Below are positions 39,285 through 52,468 of a stretch of 64,000 bases of DNA, in pieces. Every line of letters begins with the position of its first letter. Position 1 is the stretch's first letter. Below the pieces are notes generated by a model that did no database searches, was not told where the DNA came from, and saw nothing but the letters and a program-made list of their open reading frames with translations. The position numbers and the translations under genes are program-made. Source of the stretch: Octopus bimaculoides (lineage: Eukaryota); the NCBI RefSeq assembly GCF_001194135.2, contig NC_068981.1:102470767-102534766 (forward strand). Reading direction: 5' to 3'.

Positions 39285-40220
39285 TTCATGTATATATTAA
39301 TATTATCTCAGTTTAAAAAAACCTTGACAATGTAAATATGTTAATAGTTACCATGGGAGCATGATCATTACCAACGTCGCCTTTCTGGCTCTTGTGCCAG
39401 TGGCACGTGAAAAGACATTCGAGCGAGATCGTTGCCAGTACTGCTGGACTGGCTCCTGTGCAGGTGGCACGTAAAAACACCATTTCGAGCATGGTCTTTG
39501 CCAGTACCTCCTGACTGGCCTTCGTGCCGGTGGCACATAAAAGCACCCACTACACTCTCGGAGTGGTTGGCGTTAGGAAGGGCATCCAGCTGTAGAAACT
39601 CTGCCAAATCAGATTGGAGCCTGGTGTAGCCATCTGGTTCACCAGTCCTTGGTCAAATCGTCCAACCCATGCTAGCATGGAAAGCGGACGTTAAACGATG
39701 ATGATGATATATATACATATACTCACACACACATATACATACACATGGCCTTTTAATGTGATTTGCTGGTATTTATATATTTCCTTTCCAATAAAATTTC
39801 CTTATATTCCTGATTTCGCTAAAATAAGCAGCATGTATGTGATGGCAAGGCCAAACATTTGCTTAGTCATTTTTTAATTACAGATCGACATTTTCTTTCG
39901 GCTATTTGCTTATTTATTCTTTACCGACCTTGGAAATAATTGCTGTTCTTTGAACATTTTTCCTAAACTTTATTGCATCAACCTTTTCTTTTCTCTTTTC
40001 TTGCATCATTTATATTTTTTTCTGTTTTATTTGTTTATTTTGTTAAAATTTTATCTCTTTTTACTTTCTTTTCGATTCCTTATTAATTTCCTCATTTCTT
40101 CATTTCTTCTTCTTCTACATGCACACATACACATACATCTGCATGTGCCTATTATATGCATATATGTTTGTGTGTGTGTATGTATATATATCTATATACA
40201 TATATGTATATATATGTGTG

Positions 40221-40255
<35 letters not shown>

Positions 40256-40256
40256 G

Positions 40257-40293
<37 letters not shown>

Positions 40294-40882
40294 NNNNNNN
40301 NNNNNNNNNNNNNNNNNNNNNNNNNNNNNNNNNNNNNNNNNNNNNNNNNNNNNNNNNNNNNNNNNNNNNNNNNNNNNNNNNNNNNNNNNNNNNNNNNNNN
40401 NNNNNNNNNNNNNNNNNNNNNNNNNNNNNNNNNNNNNNNNNNNNNNNNNNNNNNNNNNNNNNNNNNNNNNNNNNNNNNNNNNNNNNNNNNNNNNNNNNNN
40501 NNNNNNNNNNNNNNNNNNNNNNNNNNNNNNNNNNNNNNNNNNNNNNNNNNNNNNNNNNNNNNNNNNNNNNNNNNNNNNNNNNNNNNNNNNNNNNNNNNNN
40601 NNNNNNNNNNNNNNNNNNNNNNNNNNNNNNNNNNNNNNNNNNNNNNNNNNNNNNNNNNNNNNNNNNNNNNNNNNNNNNNNNNNNNNNNNNNNNNNNNNNN
40701 NNNNNNNNNNNNNNNNNNNNNNNNNNNNNNNNNNNNNNNNNNNNNNNNNNNNNNNNNNNNNNNNNNNNNNNNNNNNNNNNNNNNNNNNNNNNNNNNNNNN
40801 NNNNNNNNNNNNNNNNNNNNNNNNNNNNNNNNNNNNNNNNNNNNNNNNNNNNNNNNNNNNNNNNNNNNNNNNNNNNNNNNNN

Positions 40883-40976
<94 letters not shown>

Positions 40977-41739
40977 GCACATATGTGTATATATTCATCT
41001 TTCTATCTACTTCCCTCTCTCACTTTTTCCCATTTATGTATACATAAAAGTAAAAGCAGCAAAAGGATATACATATATGTACATGCATACAAACGCGCGC
41101 ACGCACACACACACACACACACAACACACGTGTGCATGAGCGCAAAACACATACAAACACGAACATATATAGATATATATACATGTATGTATGTATGAAT
41201 GTATGTATGTATGTACGTATGTATATGCAAGCATGTATATATATGTATATGCGTGTGCTTAGGCATATGTATTTATGTGTGCATATGTGAGTACATACGT
41301 GTATACATTTATGTATGTATGTGTGTGTGTGTGTGAGTGTGTCTTTTTTTATTGAAGTTTCATCTGGAAATAGGAATCAATAATACAAACTATTTTCATC
41401 ATTATGAAGAATTTAGAAGTCTTTGGATGTTTGTTGATGTCTGTAACTCTTGTTGATTGGAGTCAAACTGCTTCAAAATTTATAATCGAACAATGGTCTG
41501 GCACCACCCGCCTCATCCATGACATACATACTCAGAAACTTGTACCATATTACCTTTTTATTTTAAATTCTGTTTTTCACTATCTCATTTTATTGTTTGA
41601 AGCACTCTTTGATCTTCCAGCCTTTATAAGACCAGTGAACTGGAGTGGCTATGAGTGACCTGCATTTGAAGGTCAGCAAATAGAATTGACCTGAATTTGT
41701 AACCTCTCAAGGCTACTATATTTGAGAGGTCTGATTTTA

Positions 41740-41965
41740 TCACCTCAGAAATACGAAAGAAATGCAGCAAAGAAAATGAATATTCTGCTACTGTTATATG
41801 GTACTGTCCATCTAAAGACACCTGACCTAATATGATATAAAACAGGGTAATTTTGGAAATCAAAGAGTCATTGCTAGCAATGACTCTTTGATTTCCAAAA
41901 TTGATGAGTCCACAGAAATCTCATCTGATGTCCAGCTGCTTATATATGCAAGATATATTACTGTA
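41740..41965 (+). mobile_element. hAT (Charlie/Buster-type) transposase remnant, first part
   Basis: ...VILEIKES...IDESTEISSDVQLLIYARYI matches the 'LDESTD...QLL.YVRYI' first catalytic-Asp motif. Confidence 0.7.
41849..41902. repeat. Perfect 54-bp loop-less palindrome
   Basis: aattttggaaatcaaagagtcattgct|agcaatgactctttgatttccaaaatt, checked base by base. Confidence 0.95.
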
Positions 41966-43348
41966 TCCCTGTATCACTCTTTTGACCAGACGAGCAAATA
42001 CACTGCTGGTCACAGTCTGCTTCCTCATATTCTTGTAGCTTTCAAATGACGCCACCCCACTGGCTATGTGGACAGGACAACATTCCCCCTGAACAAAATG
42101 CCAGTTCATTGCAGGGTTACTACTCATTTACAGTTGAGTAGACTGGAACAACTTGAAAGGCAGTACTTTTGCTTCAGAACACAACATGCCATCATTCTGG
42201 GATTTAAAATCACAATCTTGCAAGATATACATATCGAAGAAGGTAAAAAGAGAGAAAATAGAAATCTTCTGAGAATGTGGTAAGCTTTATAAAACCTTTA
42301 TATTGCAGGTACAAGGCCCATCTTCAAAAGGAAAGTAATCTGGAAAATGTCCAGTTATGTAGGTTCAAAATTCCCTAGTCTTATGTAGTAGCAGTGAACT
42401 ACAATGCTTGGAGAGAAAATCAGAGAAAGAGAAAATGTTCAGATAAGCAACTCTTGTTTCCAACCTAGCACACCTCTAAACCTCATTTTACAACACAAAT
42501 TATAATCATTATTATTCATTAATTCATCTATGTACCCACACAGCTTCATCTATTCCATACCATATGTTATAGTAAACTTAAGAAACCTTATGTTCAATTC
42601 AATTCTCTCTCACTTTAACGCTCATCATAATTATTATTATTGTTATTCATTCATTTATTTATCTATTTTGGTCACAGTATGGCTAACTACATGCTGAAGG
42701 TTATAGATATAGCTACAGTTAAAGTTAAGAATGCAATGTTCAGTTCTGTTTCCCTCTATAGTGCTCTTTATAATAATTATTATTGTTAAAGTGAAGTTAA
42801 GAAATCCAATTGTTCAATTCTCTTTACTCTTGCTCTAAATCTCGAAAATTCCATCTCTTCATGTTTTGTTTTTGACCAACCTTAATTCTGGACTCTCTCT
42901 CTCTCTCTCTCTCAGTTTTGTTAACCACTTGCTCTTCCCATGTCAACTGTTGATTAATGGCTCACTTTGTCTGTGGCTGTGCCACATTGGCTTCTGCTAG
43001 AGAATAGGGCAACCACAGTGCTTTGCTGTTCATGCACCACCTATACCGGAAGTCTTTATCCTCTGACCTCTACCGGATGTATTTCTCCTGAGCACCTCTA
43101 ATGGCTTTCTATACAGAACACTTCACCCTCCGCCCTCCAGCCTTATCTAGTGTCTATCTCTTGTAGAATGTAGTGATTATGTAGTGAATAGAATGATGGT
43201 GTAGTGTATGCAGGTTGAAAGCTATTTGTATGTTTACAAGATATGCCAAATGCAAGCTTTCTTTTCAGATGCATAATGTTACTGCCCTCCATCTCAGGGT
43301 CTCACCAACCCACATCTTCCACGTATTCAGAGTTAACACATTAGCTTC

Positions 43349-44176
43349 ATATTGATAAGCATTTATAAACAACTCTTCTGCTTTTCAGAGATATAAACTT
43401 TGAAATTTGTATGATTTATCGAATGGTAGTTTTTAAAATGTGAAGTCATATGATAAAATGGTTGTTGTTTGAAATATAAATTAAGAATTAAAAATTACTG
43501 CTTTTGATTTTGGTAAGTACACTTTATTATGAAAGTATTTAAATCCATATATGCTTCCTTGATAGGTTTTCTGTAATAATCCATAATATTTATGTGTAAA
43601 ATCCATTATATTATCCTGTATTCCAAATATAGCTCATAGACTTAGATAATATAGAATAATGGAATCCTATATTGATAAGCATTTATAGATAACTCTTCTG
43701 CTCCTCAGAAATATCAAAAGGTGAAATTTGTATAATTTAACGAATGGTAGTTTTTTTTTTACCATTCGTAAATTATACATTCTACCATTCATTAAATTAT
43801 ACAAATTTTACATTTGATATTTCTGAGGAGCAGAAGAGTTGTCTATAAATGCTTATCAATATAGGATTCCATTATTCTATATTATTTAAGTCTATGGACT
43901 ATATTTGGAATACAGGATAATATAATGGATTTTACAATTAACTATTATGGATTATTACAGAAAACCTACCGAGGAAGCATATATGGATTTAAGGACTTTC
44001 ATACTAAAGTGTACTTACCAAAATCAAAAGCAGTAATTCTTAATTTATATTTCAAACAAACACCATTTTATCGTATTACTTCATATTCTAAAAAACTACA
44101 ATTCGATAAATTATACAAATTTCAAAGTTTATATCTCTGAAGAGCAGATGAGTTGTCTATAAATGCTTATCAATAT
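43349..44176. repeat. ~830-bp AT-rich fold-back element; ~400-bp arms, each with an internal ~85-bp direct repeat
   Basis: atattgataagcatttata...cgaatggtag (43349-43750) is mirrored by ctaccattc...tataaatgcttatcaatat (43782-44176). Confidence 0.88.
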
Positions 44177-44518
44177 AGGATTCCATTATAGGGACAACAC
44201 TTCTACAAAATGATCGTAAGATGCTTTAAAAACTTAATTCAAAACTTTTAAACTGTCATATTTATTATTATATATTTATACTTATACATATTTACATATA
44301 TATTTATATTTTCAATACAATTATTTTACACACATATACATCTTTCTGAAGAATTTTCTAATATTAATTTCCAGATATTAATAATAATATATTATAAAAT
44401 ATATATAATCGGTTGTATTAAATACATAAATATTTTAATAGTACTAATACTTTGGTACAATAGAGCACTCAATATAAATTCAGTATATAATATTTTCATT
44501 GAATATATTTAACTAAAG

Positions 44519-44572
<54 letters not shown>

Positions 44573-44574
<2 letters not shown>

Positions 44575-45330
44575 ATTGTGAAGAAGAATTCTTGTTTTAC
44601 GAGGCATGGAGAGGAGAAAGAAAGATGATATATATATGAAGTTGTATTGTTAAGTTCATTGTTTAAGTCAGTCTTTCATAGAAAACTGTTGATCAGATGA
44701 AAAGCTGATAAAGTTCCTGCAATACTAAGTTGTTCTTAGTAAGAATGTCAAAAGTTAAGCCTGTTGTAAAGAACATATACTGTCAAATTCATAGATATGC
44801 ATTGTATACAAAGACACTGCATCTGACACTCAAATTCTTTCTTCATGATGCTGTAGTCATAGTAAACTTTTCTCAAATCTCTTCATCTGGACACAAGGAT
44901 ACAGCATTTCTTGTATCAAAAACGAAATACAGAGGAATAGACACTTTTAGTTACCATATAAGGGAGATGGTTCTTCAAGGGGTAATACAGTAACATGAGT
45001 TGCTGTGATAAAAACTGACAAAATACTTTTTGAGAATGCAGAAATATAAAGTAGTTAAGTTTGCAGATAAACTTTCAAATAACAATTAGAAGGTAAAGCT
45101 AACTTTGAATAATATTTTCTTACAACTTAATACAACCAACAAGTTATTTTAGGAACTTAGCGACTGTTATACACTTTGTTAACAAATTAAAATTGTTCTA
45201 GATGAAACTTGAGTTGTAGAAGGCAAAACTGAAGGTGGGTCATTACGACATTTTTGAGAATATGAGTGAAAACATCACACTGCTAGAAACAGAAGACTCC
45301 ATTGACGTCAGTATTAGCCCAAAAGTATTT
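44573..45330 (+). mobile_element. hAT (Charlie/Buster-type) transposase remnant, continuation
   Basis: CEEEFLFY..., YCQIHRYALYTKTL...LHDAVVIVNF, and a YH..RW-like segment (taccatataagggagatggttc). Confidence 0.7.
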
Positions 45331-46349
45331 TGATGATGAAATAGATTCTTATTCTTCTTATATCGGTTTCAAATTTTGGCACAAAGCCATCAATTTCAAA
45401 GGAAGATTAAGTCGATTACATTGACTCTATTGTTTAACTGGTATTTAATTTATTGACTGCCAAAAAGGATGGAAAGCAAAGTCGACCTTGGCAGAATTTG
45501 AAGTCAGGAGGTAAGGACATGAAATGCCACTAAACATTTTACCTGGCAATTCTGCCAGCTTGCTGCCATTCTGATTTTTCTTATATTAATAGTTTGGATT
45601 ACTGATGCATTCAAAATTCTTTCAAAATTAATCCTGATCATCATCATCATCATTTAAAGTCCATCTTCCATGCATGCATGGGTAGGATGGCTGACAGGAG
45701 CTGGCCAGGTAGAAAATCTACCAAAGGCTACTGTATCTGTTTTGGCAGGGATTTTACGGTTGGATGTCCTTCCTAACACCAACCACTCCACAGATTGGCC
45801 TCAATGCTTTTTATGTGGCACTAGCACAGGCGAAGTTAGTTTCAGCATGATTTTTACTGCTGGATGCCCTTCCAGATGCCAACCATGTTACAGTGTGGAC
45901 TGGATGATTTTTAACGTGGCACCAGCACTGGTAGAGTAACCAAGTAACTCACAAGACAAGGAATTATGAGAGGGGCAAGGTATTTGTGTTAGAGAATGAA
46001 GGTTAGAGTGTGGCAAAGAGACAGACAGAAGCAGGTGTCTTTCCACAACAGAAGGGGCATTAGAGGAGGTGATCCAGTATCAAATGATGAAAGGTTAAAG
46101 TGTAACAAAGAAATAGAAAGGCAGAAATAGGTGGCTTGCTATAAAGGAGGTACATGGTTACCCAGTGAGAGAGAGAGAGAGAGAGAAGGGGAAAAGAGAT
46201 GGAGAGTGAGAGAGAAGTACAAGAAAGAGGCCAGAAACAAGTGTGCTGATGTAAAGGAGATACTTGGTTACCTAGTCAGAGGAAAAGCAAGAGAAGGAGA
46301 AAGAGAGTGACTAAAGGAAAGTACACTCTCCATTTATTTCTTTATAGAA

Positions 46350-47530
46350 TCTCTTCTGATCTACTCTGAATAACTTATTCTGCCAGTAACCCTTCATTTT
46401 TTGGTCATATCTTACCATCTTTGTTTTCTTTGCAACGAGGCATTGTTCCAGTTCCTCCATTACCACTTTCAGGCCCTTTCTCTCAATATTATACTTTCTG
46501 TTCAGTGCTCTGTATTTTTGTTTGCTTTTAACTTACCCCTTTTCTTTTTGGTCTAACACAGAAATATCCTTCGAGAGCATATCTAACCTCACCTGTATTT
46601 ATCTTTTCCACCATGGATCTTTCCTTTTGTCATACCCATTATATTTCTTTTTCTTGACATCAACACCCACATTTTCTGCTACAACAATACTTGCTGCCTT
46701 GATCAAATTATTTGTTTCTGTGTTGTTTTTTGTTCTGATATATTTCAAAATTTCATTCTCATTTTTCGTCTCTTGGTTCAACTTCCACCAATCAACCTTT
46801 TTAAGGTTGCAAATAATGTTGCTATCGTTCTCCTGTTGCCTACCTTTATTCTGTCGTAGATTGCCTTTTGCCCATCTGTCATGTCACCATTAGTTTTATT
46901 GTCTTCTTCTAAACTATATGTCTCTCATCGAGCAAGCTATCACTGTTCCTTTCCTGTGGTTTATTAGAGATTTTACCTCTGTTTTCTGCTTTGAGATTAC
47001 TTTTATCAGTAGGAACTGTATTTTCATCATTTCCTCTGCTGCTGCTTTCCAATACCCGTCTTTTGATAGCTTCGAGCTCTACTTCTGTGAACCAACAATT
47101 TTTTTCTCATTGCTCTAGCTTGATCACATACTCTCTATTCCATGAGTTGAAACAATCCTCTTTCTCTCCATTGATCATACATACGTTGATGGTATCCCCT
47201 AAGATGAACACCATTTTCATCTAGGGGGTTGCTCAGGTAGTAACACTCCATGACCACAGCACTGACTTATTTGTTCCATCTACGCCGGATCCCTTACTGG
47301 ATAATGACAGGCTAGAGCCGGACCAGTATCTCTGAGCCTACCGGGTGTAACACTGTCACCATCATTGGCTTCAGTTTCCTTACCAGCGTTATTCACAATA
47401 TTTCGTTTTTTCATTGTCACTCATATGAGGTAGCGATTATCAGGTTGCACAATTACCAGTGTTTTTTATTGTGATATCATCACTAGATGTATCATCAATC
47501 AGAGCATAGGGTGATACCAACTGCTTCCTT
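46350..47530 (-). mobile_element. R4/Dong-clade non-LTR retrotransposon, 5' portion, decayed
   Basis: GYHQRMYDQWRERGLFQLME*RVCDQARAMRKNCWFTEVELEAIKRRV and ETNNLIKAASIVVAE...DPWWKR; a (TAA)n tract flanks the 5' end. Confidence 0.75.
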
Positions 47531-48156
47531 TCATTATTATTATTATTCACTGATATTATTATTTTCCTTTTTCTACTACTATTTGTCATTGCTAATATTT
47601 CCTCTGATCTGACATGAGTTATGGCTAAATTATTATCATTATCATTATTACCTCCATCACCATTATTACCATCATTATTATTATTCTTTTATTATTTCTT
47701 TTACTTGTTTCAGTCATTTGACTGCAGCCATGCTGGAACACCACCTTTAGTCGAGCAAATCGACCCCAGAGCTTATTCTTTGTAAGCCTAATACTTATTA
47801 TATCGGTCTCTTTTTGCCAAACTGCTAAGTTACAGGGACCTAAACACATCAGCATCAGTTGTCAAGCAATGTTGGAAGGAAAAACACAGATACACAAACA
47901 TATACACACACATACATATATACTCTTACTCTTTACTCTTTTACTTGTTACAGTCATTTGACTGTGGCCATGCTGAAGCACCACCTTTAGTTGAGCAAAT
48001 TGACCCCGGGACTTATTCTTTGTAAGCCTAGTACTTATTCTATCGGTCTCTTTTTGCTGAACCGCTAAGTGACGGGGACATAAACACACCAGCATCAGTT
48101 GTCAAGCAATGCTAGGGGGACAAACACAGACACGCAAACATACAAACACACATCAC

Positions 48157-48189
<33 letters not shown>

Positions 48190-49273
48190 TATACATATAT
48201 ACGATGGGCTTCTTTCAGTTTCCGTCTACCAAATCCACTCACATGGCTATAGTAAAGGACACTTGCCCAAGGTGCCACGCAGTGGGACTGAACCCGGAAA
48301 GGATGAAAGGTAAAGATGACTTTGGCTGACTTTGAACTCAGAACATGAAGACAGACAAAATATGGCTAAGCATTTCGCCCAGTGTGCTAACGATTCTATA
48401 TGCATGCACACACACACATGTATGTACATATGTGTATACATATATATAGATATACATGTATGTATATATNNNNNNNNNNNNNNNNNNNNNNNNNNNNNNN
48501 NNNNNNNNNNNNNNNNNNNNNNNNNNNNNNNNNNNNNNNNNNNNNNNNNNNNNNNNNNNNNNNNNNNNNNNNNNNNNNNNNNNNNNNNNNNNNNNNNNNN
48601 NNNNNNNNNNNNNNNNNNNNNNNNNNNNNNNNNNNNNNNNNNNNNNNNNNNNNNNNNNNNNNNNNNNNNNNNNNNNNNNNNNNNNNNNNNNNNNNNNNNN
48701 NNNNNNNNNNNNNNNNNNNNNNNNNNNNNNNNNNNNNNNNNNNNNNNNNNNNNNNNNNNNNNNNNNNNNNNNNNNNNNNNNNNNNNNNNNNNNNNNNNNN
48801 NNNNNNNNNNNNNNNNNNNNNNNNNNNNNNNNNNNNNNNNNNNNNNNNNNNNNNNNNNNNNNNNNNNNNNNNNNNNNNNNNNNNNNNNNNNNNNNNNNNN
48901 NNNNNNNNNNNNNNNNNNNNNNNNNNNNNNNNNNNNNNNNNNNNNNNNNNNNNNNNNNNNNNNNNNNNNNNNNNNNNNNNNNNNNNNNNNNNNNNNNNNN
49001 NNNNNNNNNNNNNNNNNNNNNNNNNNNNNNNNNNNNNNNNNNNNNNNNNNNNNNNNNNNNNNNNNNNNNNNNNNNNNNNNNNNNNNNNNNNNNNNNNNNN
49101 NNNNNNNNNNNNNNNNNNNNNNNNNNNNNNNNNNNNNNNNNNNNNNNNNNNNNNNNNNNNNNNNNNNNNNNNNNNNNNNNNNNNNNNNNNNNNNNNNNNN
49201 NNNNNNNNNNNNNNNNNNNNNNNNNNNNNNNNNNNNNNNNNNNNNNNNNNNNNNNNNNNNNNNNNNNNNNNNN

Positions 49274-49309
<36 letters not shown>

Positions 49310-49888
49310 CGTGTGTGTGTATTTATATATGCATGTGTGTGTGTATGTATATGTATACACACACACACACACATACTCATATATATGTGTGTGTGTATAT
49401 TTTATTAAAACTGGTGAGTCTAGTAAAAGGCATTTAGTATTGTTTGAGAACACCTTCAGTGACTAACATTGAGTACACTTCTCATAAACCTGTTAATAGA
49501 AGAAATTGATTTAATGCTGCGAATGTTGATGGGTGTATCATTTACTTGTTTCAGTCATTACTTTGTGGCCATGCTACAGCACCACCTTGAAGAATTTTTA
49601 GTTGCATGAATCAACCCCAGTACTCATTATTTGTTTGTAAAGCTAGGGACTTATTCTATCAGTTAATCTTGCTGAACTTCTAACTTATGGGGACACAAAT
49701 ACACCAACACTGGTTGTCAAACAGTGATGGAGGAAAAACAGAGGCACAAAACTATATATATATAAATACATATATATGTATATCTCTTCTATTTTTTTTT
49801 AATATTATAAACTTTCCACTGATGACGGAGCTAGTTTCTAATAAACTTACAAGGCTCCATCTTTGGGATGTAGCTAACACAGACGAAT

Positions 49889-50700
49889 TCACATTTGGAA
49901 CTTGAGAAAAGTCTTGCATATTTTTACTGTTCCACTCACAAATTGCGCTTGTAATGTACGAATTAGTCGGTTGTTTTCTCTTTCTGAAAATCCTAGTTTA
50001 TCCAGAATCTCCTTTAAGCATTTACTAACAAAACCTAGTTCTCTAATTATTATTGATATGGATTGGAATTTATAGTCTGAATATAGAAGCTGGAAGTTTC
50101 GAAACAGTTGTCCATAGATATCCTCATTTCCTTTGATTTTCAAAGAGCTATTTATATCTGCAGGGCCACTAACTTCTATGATGGTACATATCTTCGCCAC
50201 TCTGTACCAAACAACAATATCTGGCCTGTTATGCTTACATTTGACAGAAGTTTTGATGGGAATATTCCACCAGTATTCCTTGAGTTGTTGTTTATGAATG
50301 TAATCCATAACAGAGGGATTTTCTAAGTTTATTTCAGGACAATCTTTTTTGCGGATGGCATTGTAAATTGTTTTAGCAACTATATTGTGCCACATAGGGA
50401 GGTAGTACCGTGATGACATTTTAGGACAGCTGCTAATGACAAGCGTAATGTCTTACAGTGAAACATGACATAGCCTACACATGCAGTTGCACCTTGGGAT
50501 CACAAGAGCGTCACTGTCTCTCTTGTTCACCAAGTACTTTGTGGCAATCTCGTGTTCCTGGATTGCAAATGCATAACCTTCAAAGTGTGATGTGATGTAG
50601 TGGTCTTGTGTCAGAGAGAGGCTGCGCTTCATGTCAATTCTACAGTCTTCTTCAAGCTTCAAGCATGGTCTTTTTTGTATGCTGAGTGTTTTTCATCCAG
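49889..50700 (-). mobile_element. R4/Dong-clade LINE 3' end: CCHC knuckle plus restriction-like endonuclease
   Basis: FAIQEHEIATKY...CRLCHVSL*DITLVISSC...HN...WWNIPIKT...HNRPDIVVW...IIEVSGP. Confidence 0.85.
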
Positions 50701-51283
50701 GTCTTCTCTGAGGTAAGAGAGCCCACCTGTTTTGGGGCTGTATGTATGTATGTATGTATGTGTAGGGGACTGAGACACCTGGCAGTTTGCTGTGCTTGAG
50801 AAGACACACCAAACTAAGTGAAAGCATGGTTGCCCTTGCATACAAGCTCATCCCTCACAACCCTCTCTAGCTAAGCATCCCTAATGTTGCAGACTTGTGA
50901 GTGCTGGTGCCATGTAAAAAACACCCAGTATATTCTGTAAAGTGTTTGCCATTAGGAAGGGCATCCAGCCATAGAAACCATCCTAAAACAGATATGGAGC
51001 CTGAACGGCCCTTCAGCTGGTCAGCTTCTGTCAAACCATCCAACCCACACCAGTATGGAAAGTGGATGTTAAATAATGATGATGTCGATGATAATATAAA
51101 TATATGTGTGTATGTATATAGAATGGGCTTCTTTCAGTGTTTCTGTCTACCAAATCCAAGGCTTTAGTCCGCCTGGGACTATTGAAGACACTTGTCCAAT
51201 GTGTCATGCAGTGGGAGTGAACCTGGAATCAAAGTAGTTGGGAAGCAAACTTCTTACCACAAAGTCACACCTGCACCTATATT

Positions 51284-51335
<52 letters not shown>

Positions 51336-51735
51336 CCTTGTAGTATACTGATTCAGCATGTTCACTTTCTGTGCTATCTGATGTCATCAACAGTATGGAT
51401 ATAAATTCCATGGGATTAACTTCAGTTATTCCTCCATGTCTGTCAAGTATATAACAAATGAGGGAAAGAGAAAACAAAATTCACAAGATCCTTTATTTAT
51501 CACAACGATCATTTCAACTGATCTTGCATCGGTCTCTTGAACCAAGTGAAACAGTTAATTGAGTAAGGTACCTTTTGAAAAGTCACCTTGCAAGTCACAT
51601 CTGCACAGAAGAATGCACCACAACCTATTGTCCAGAATCTCACTCGTGAGGGGCCGATGCAAGATGGATTGAAATGATTGTTGTGATTAATAAAGAATCT
51701 TGTGAATTCCATTTCCTCTTCCTCTCATTTGTTTT

Positions 51736-51778
<43 letters not shown>

Positions 51779-51779
51779 G

Positions 51780-52105
51780 AGTAGATGGAACAGGGACAAC
51801 TGAAGAAGGAAAATATTCTTTATGTTGCATGTATATATATATACATTTTGTTTTTTTCGTTGTTCGAAAAAAAGCTTGTTTTCTGTCTTCATCTTTATGT
51901 TTTCATTTCTCATTGTGTTTAACGTTTTTTGTGATGTCCTGTACCCATATATGCATGTATAGTTCAAAAAAACAATAACAAAAAAACAACAAAGTGAGGA
52001 CATGATATGGATAGTATTATTGGACGCTCAGGAAAGGAAAGAGAGAGTGTGTAAGTATGTACATATATGTATGGATATATGCATATATTTATATATTATT
52101 TATGT

Positions 52106-52110
<5 letters not shown>
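51780..52110 (+). repeat. Third, partial copy of the 28562/29304 direct-repeat family
   Basis: gagtagatggaacagggacaactgaagaaggaaaatattctttatgttgcatg...cattgtgtttaacgttttttgtgatgtcctgtacccata. Confidence 0.8.
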
Positions 52111-52180
<70 letters not shown>

Positions 52181-52185
52181 TCCAA

Positions 52186-52468
52186 TAATAAGAAGAAGGC
52201 AAAGAAAATTCTTTAACACATCTTTAATGATTCATAACAATTGTTTCTGTACCAAATGAAAATTTATGTAATGTTTGCGGTTTTAGACATTAAAGAGACA
52301 TCTCATCAGACTTGCATCAAAGGTGTGCTGTCACATTGTGCATCTTTCACGTCTTGTTGTCACTTTGAATTTTTGCATGAACTGGTGTGGCAAGCAGAGT
52401 TTATACAGAAAAAATTGTAAGGAATCATTAAAGATGTGTTAAAGAATTTTCTATGTCTCCTTCTTATT
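52186..52468. mobile_element. ~280-bp element with ~70-bp terminal inverted repeats and an internal degenerate CTGATGA hammerhead-like core (minus strand)
   Basis: aataagaagaaggcaaagaaaattctttaacacatctttaatgattc / gaatcattaaagatgtgttaaagaattttctatgtctccttcttatt; minus-strand ctgatga-gatgt..atgtc-taaaac at ~52280-52309. Confidence 0.55.

Noticed and set aside
46350-50700. The two Dong/R4 pieces as halves of a single element
   Set aside because: On the minus strand the 3' piece precedes the 5' piece, so they are not colinear.
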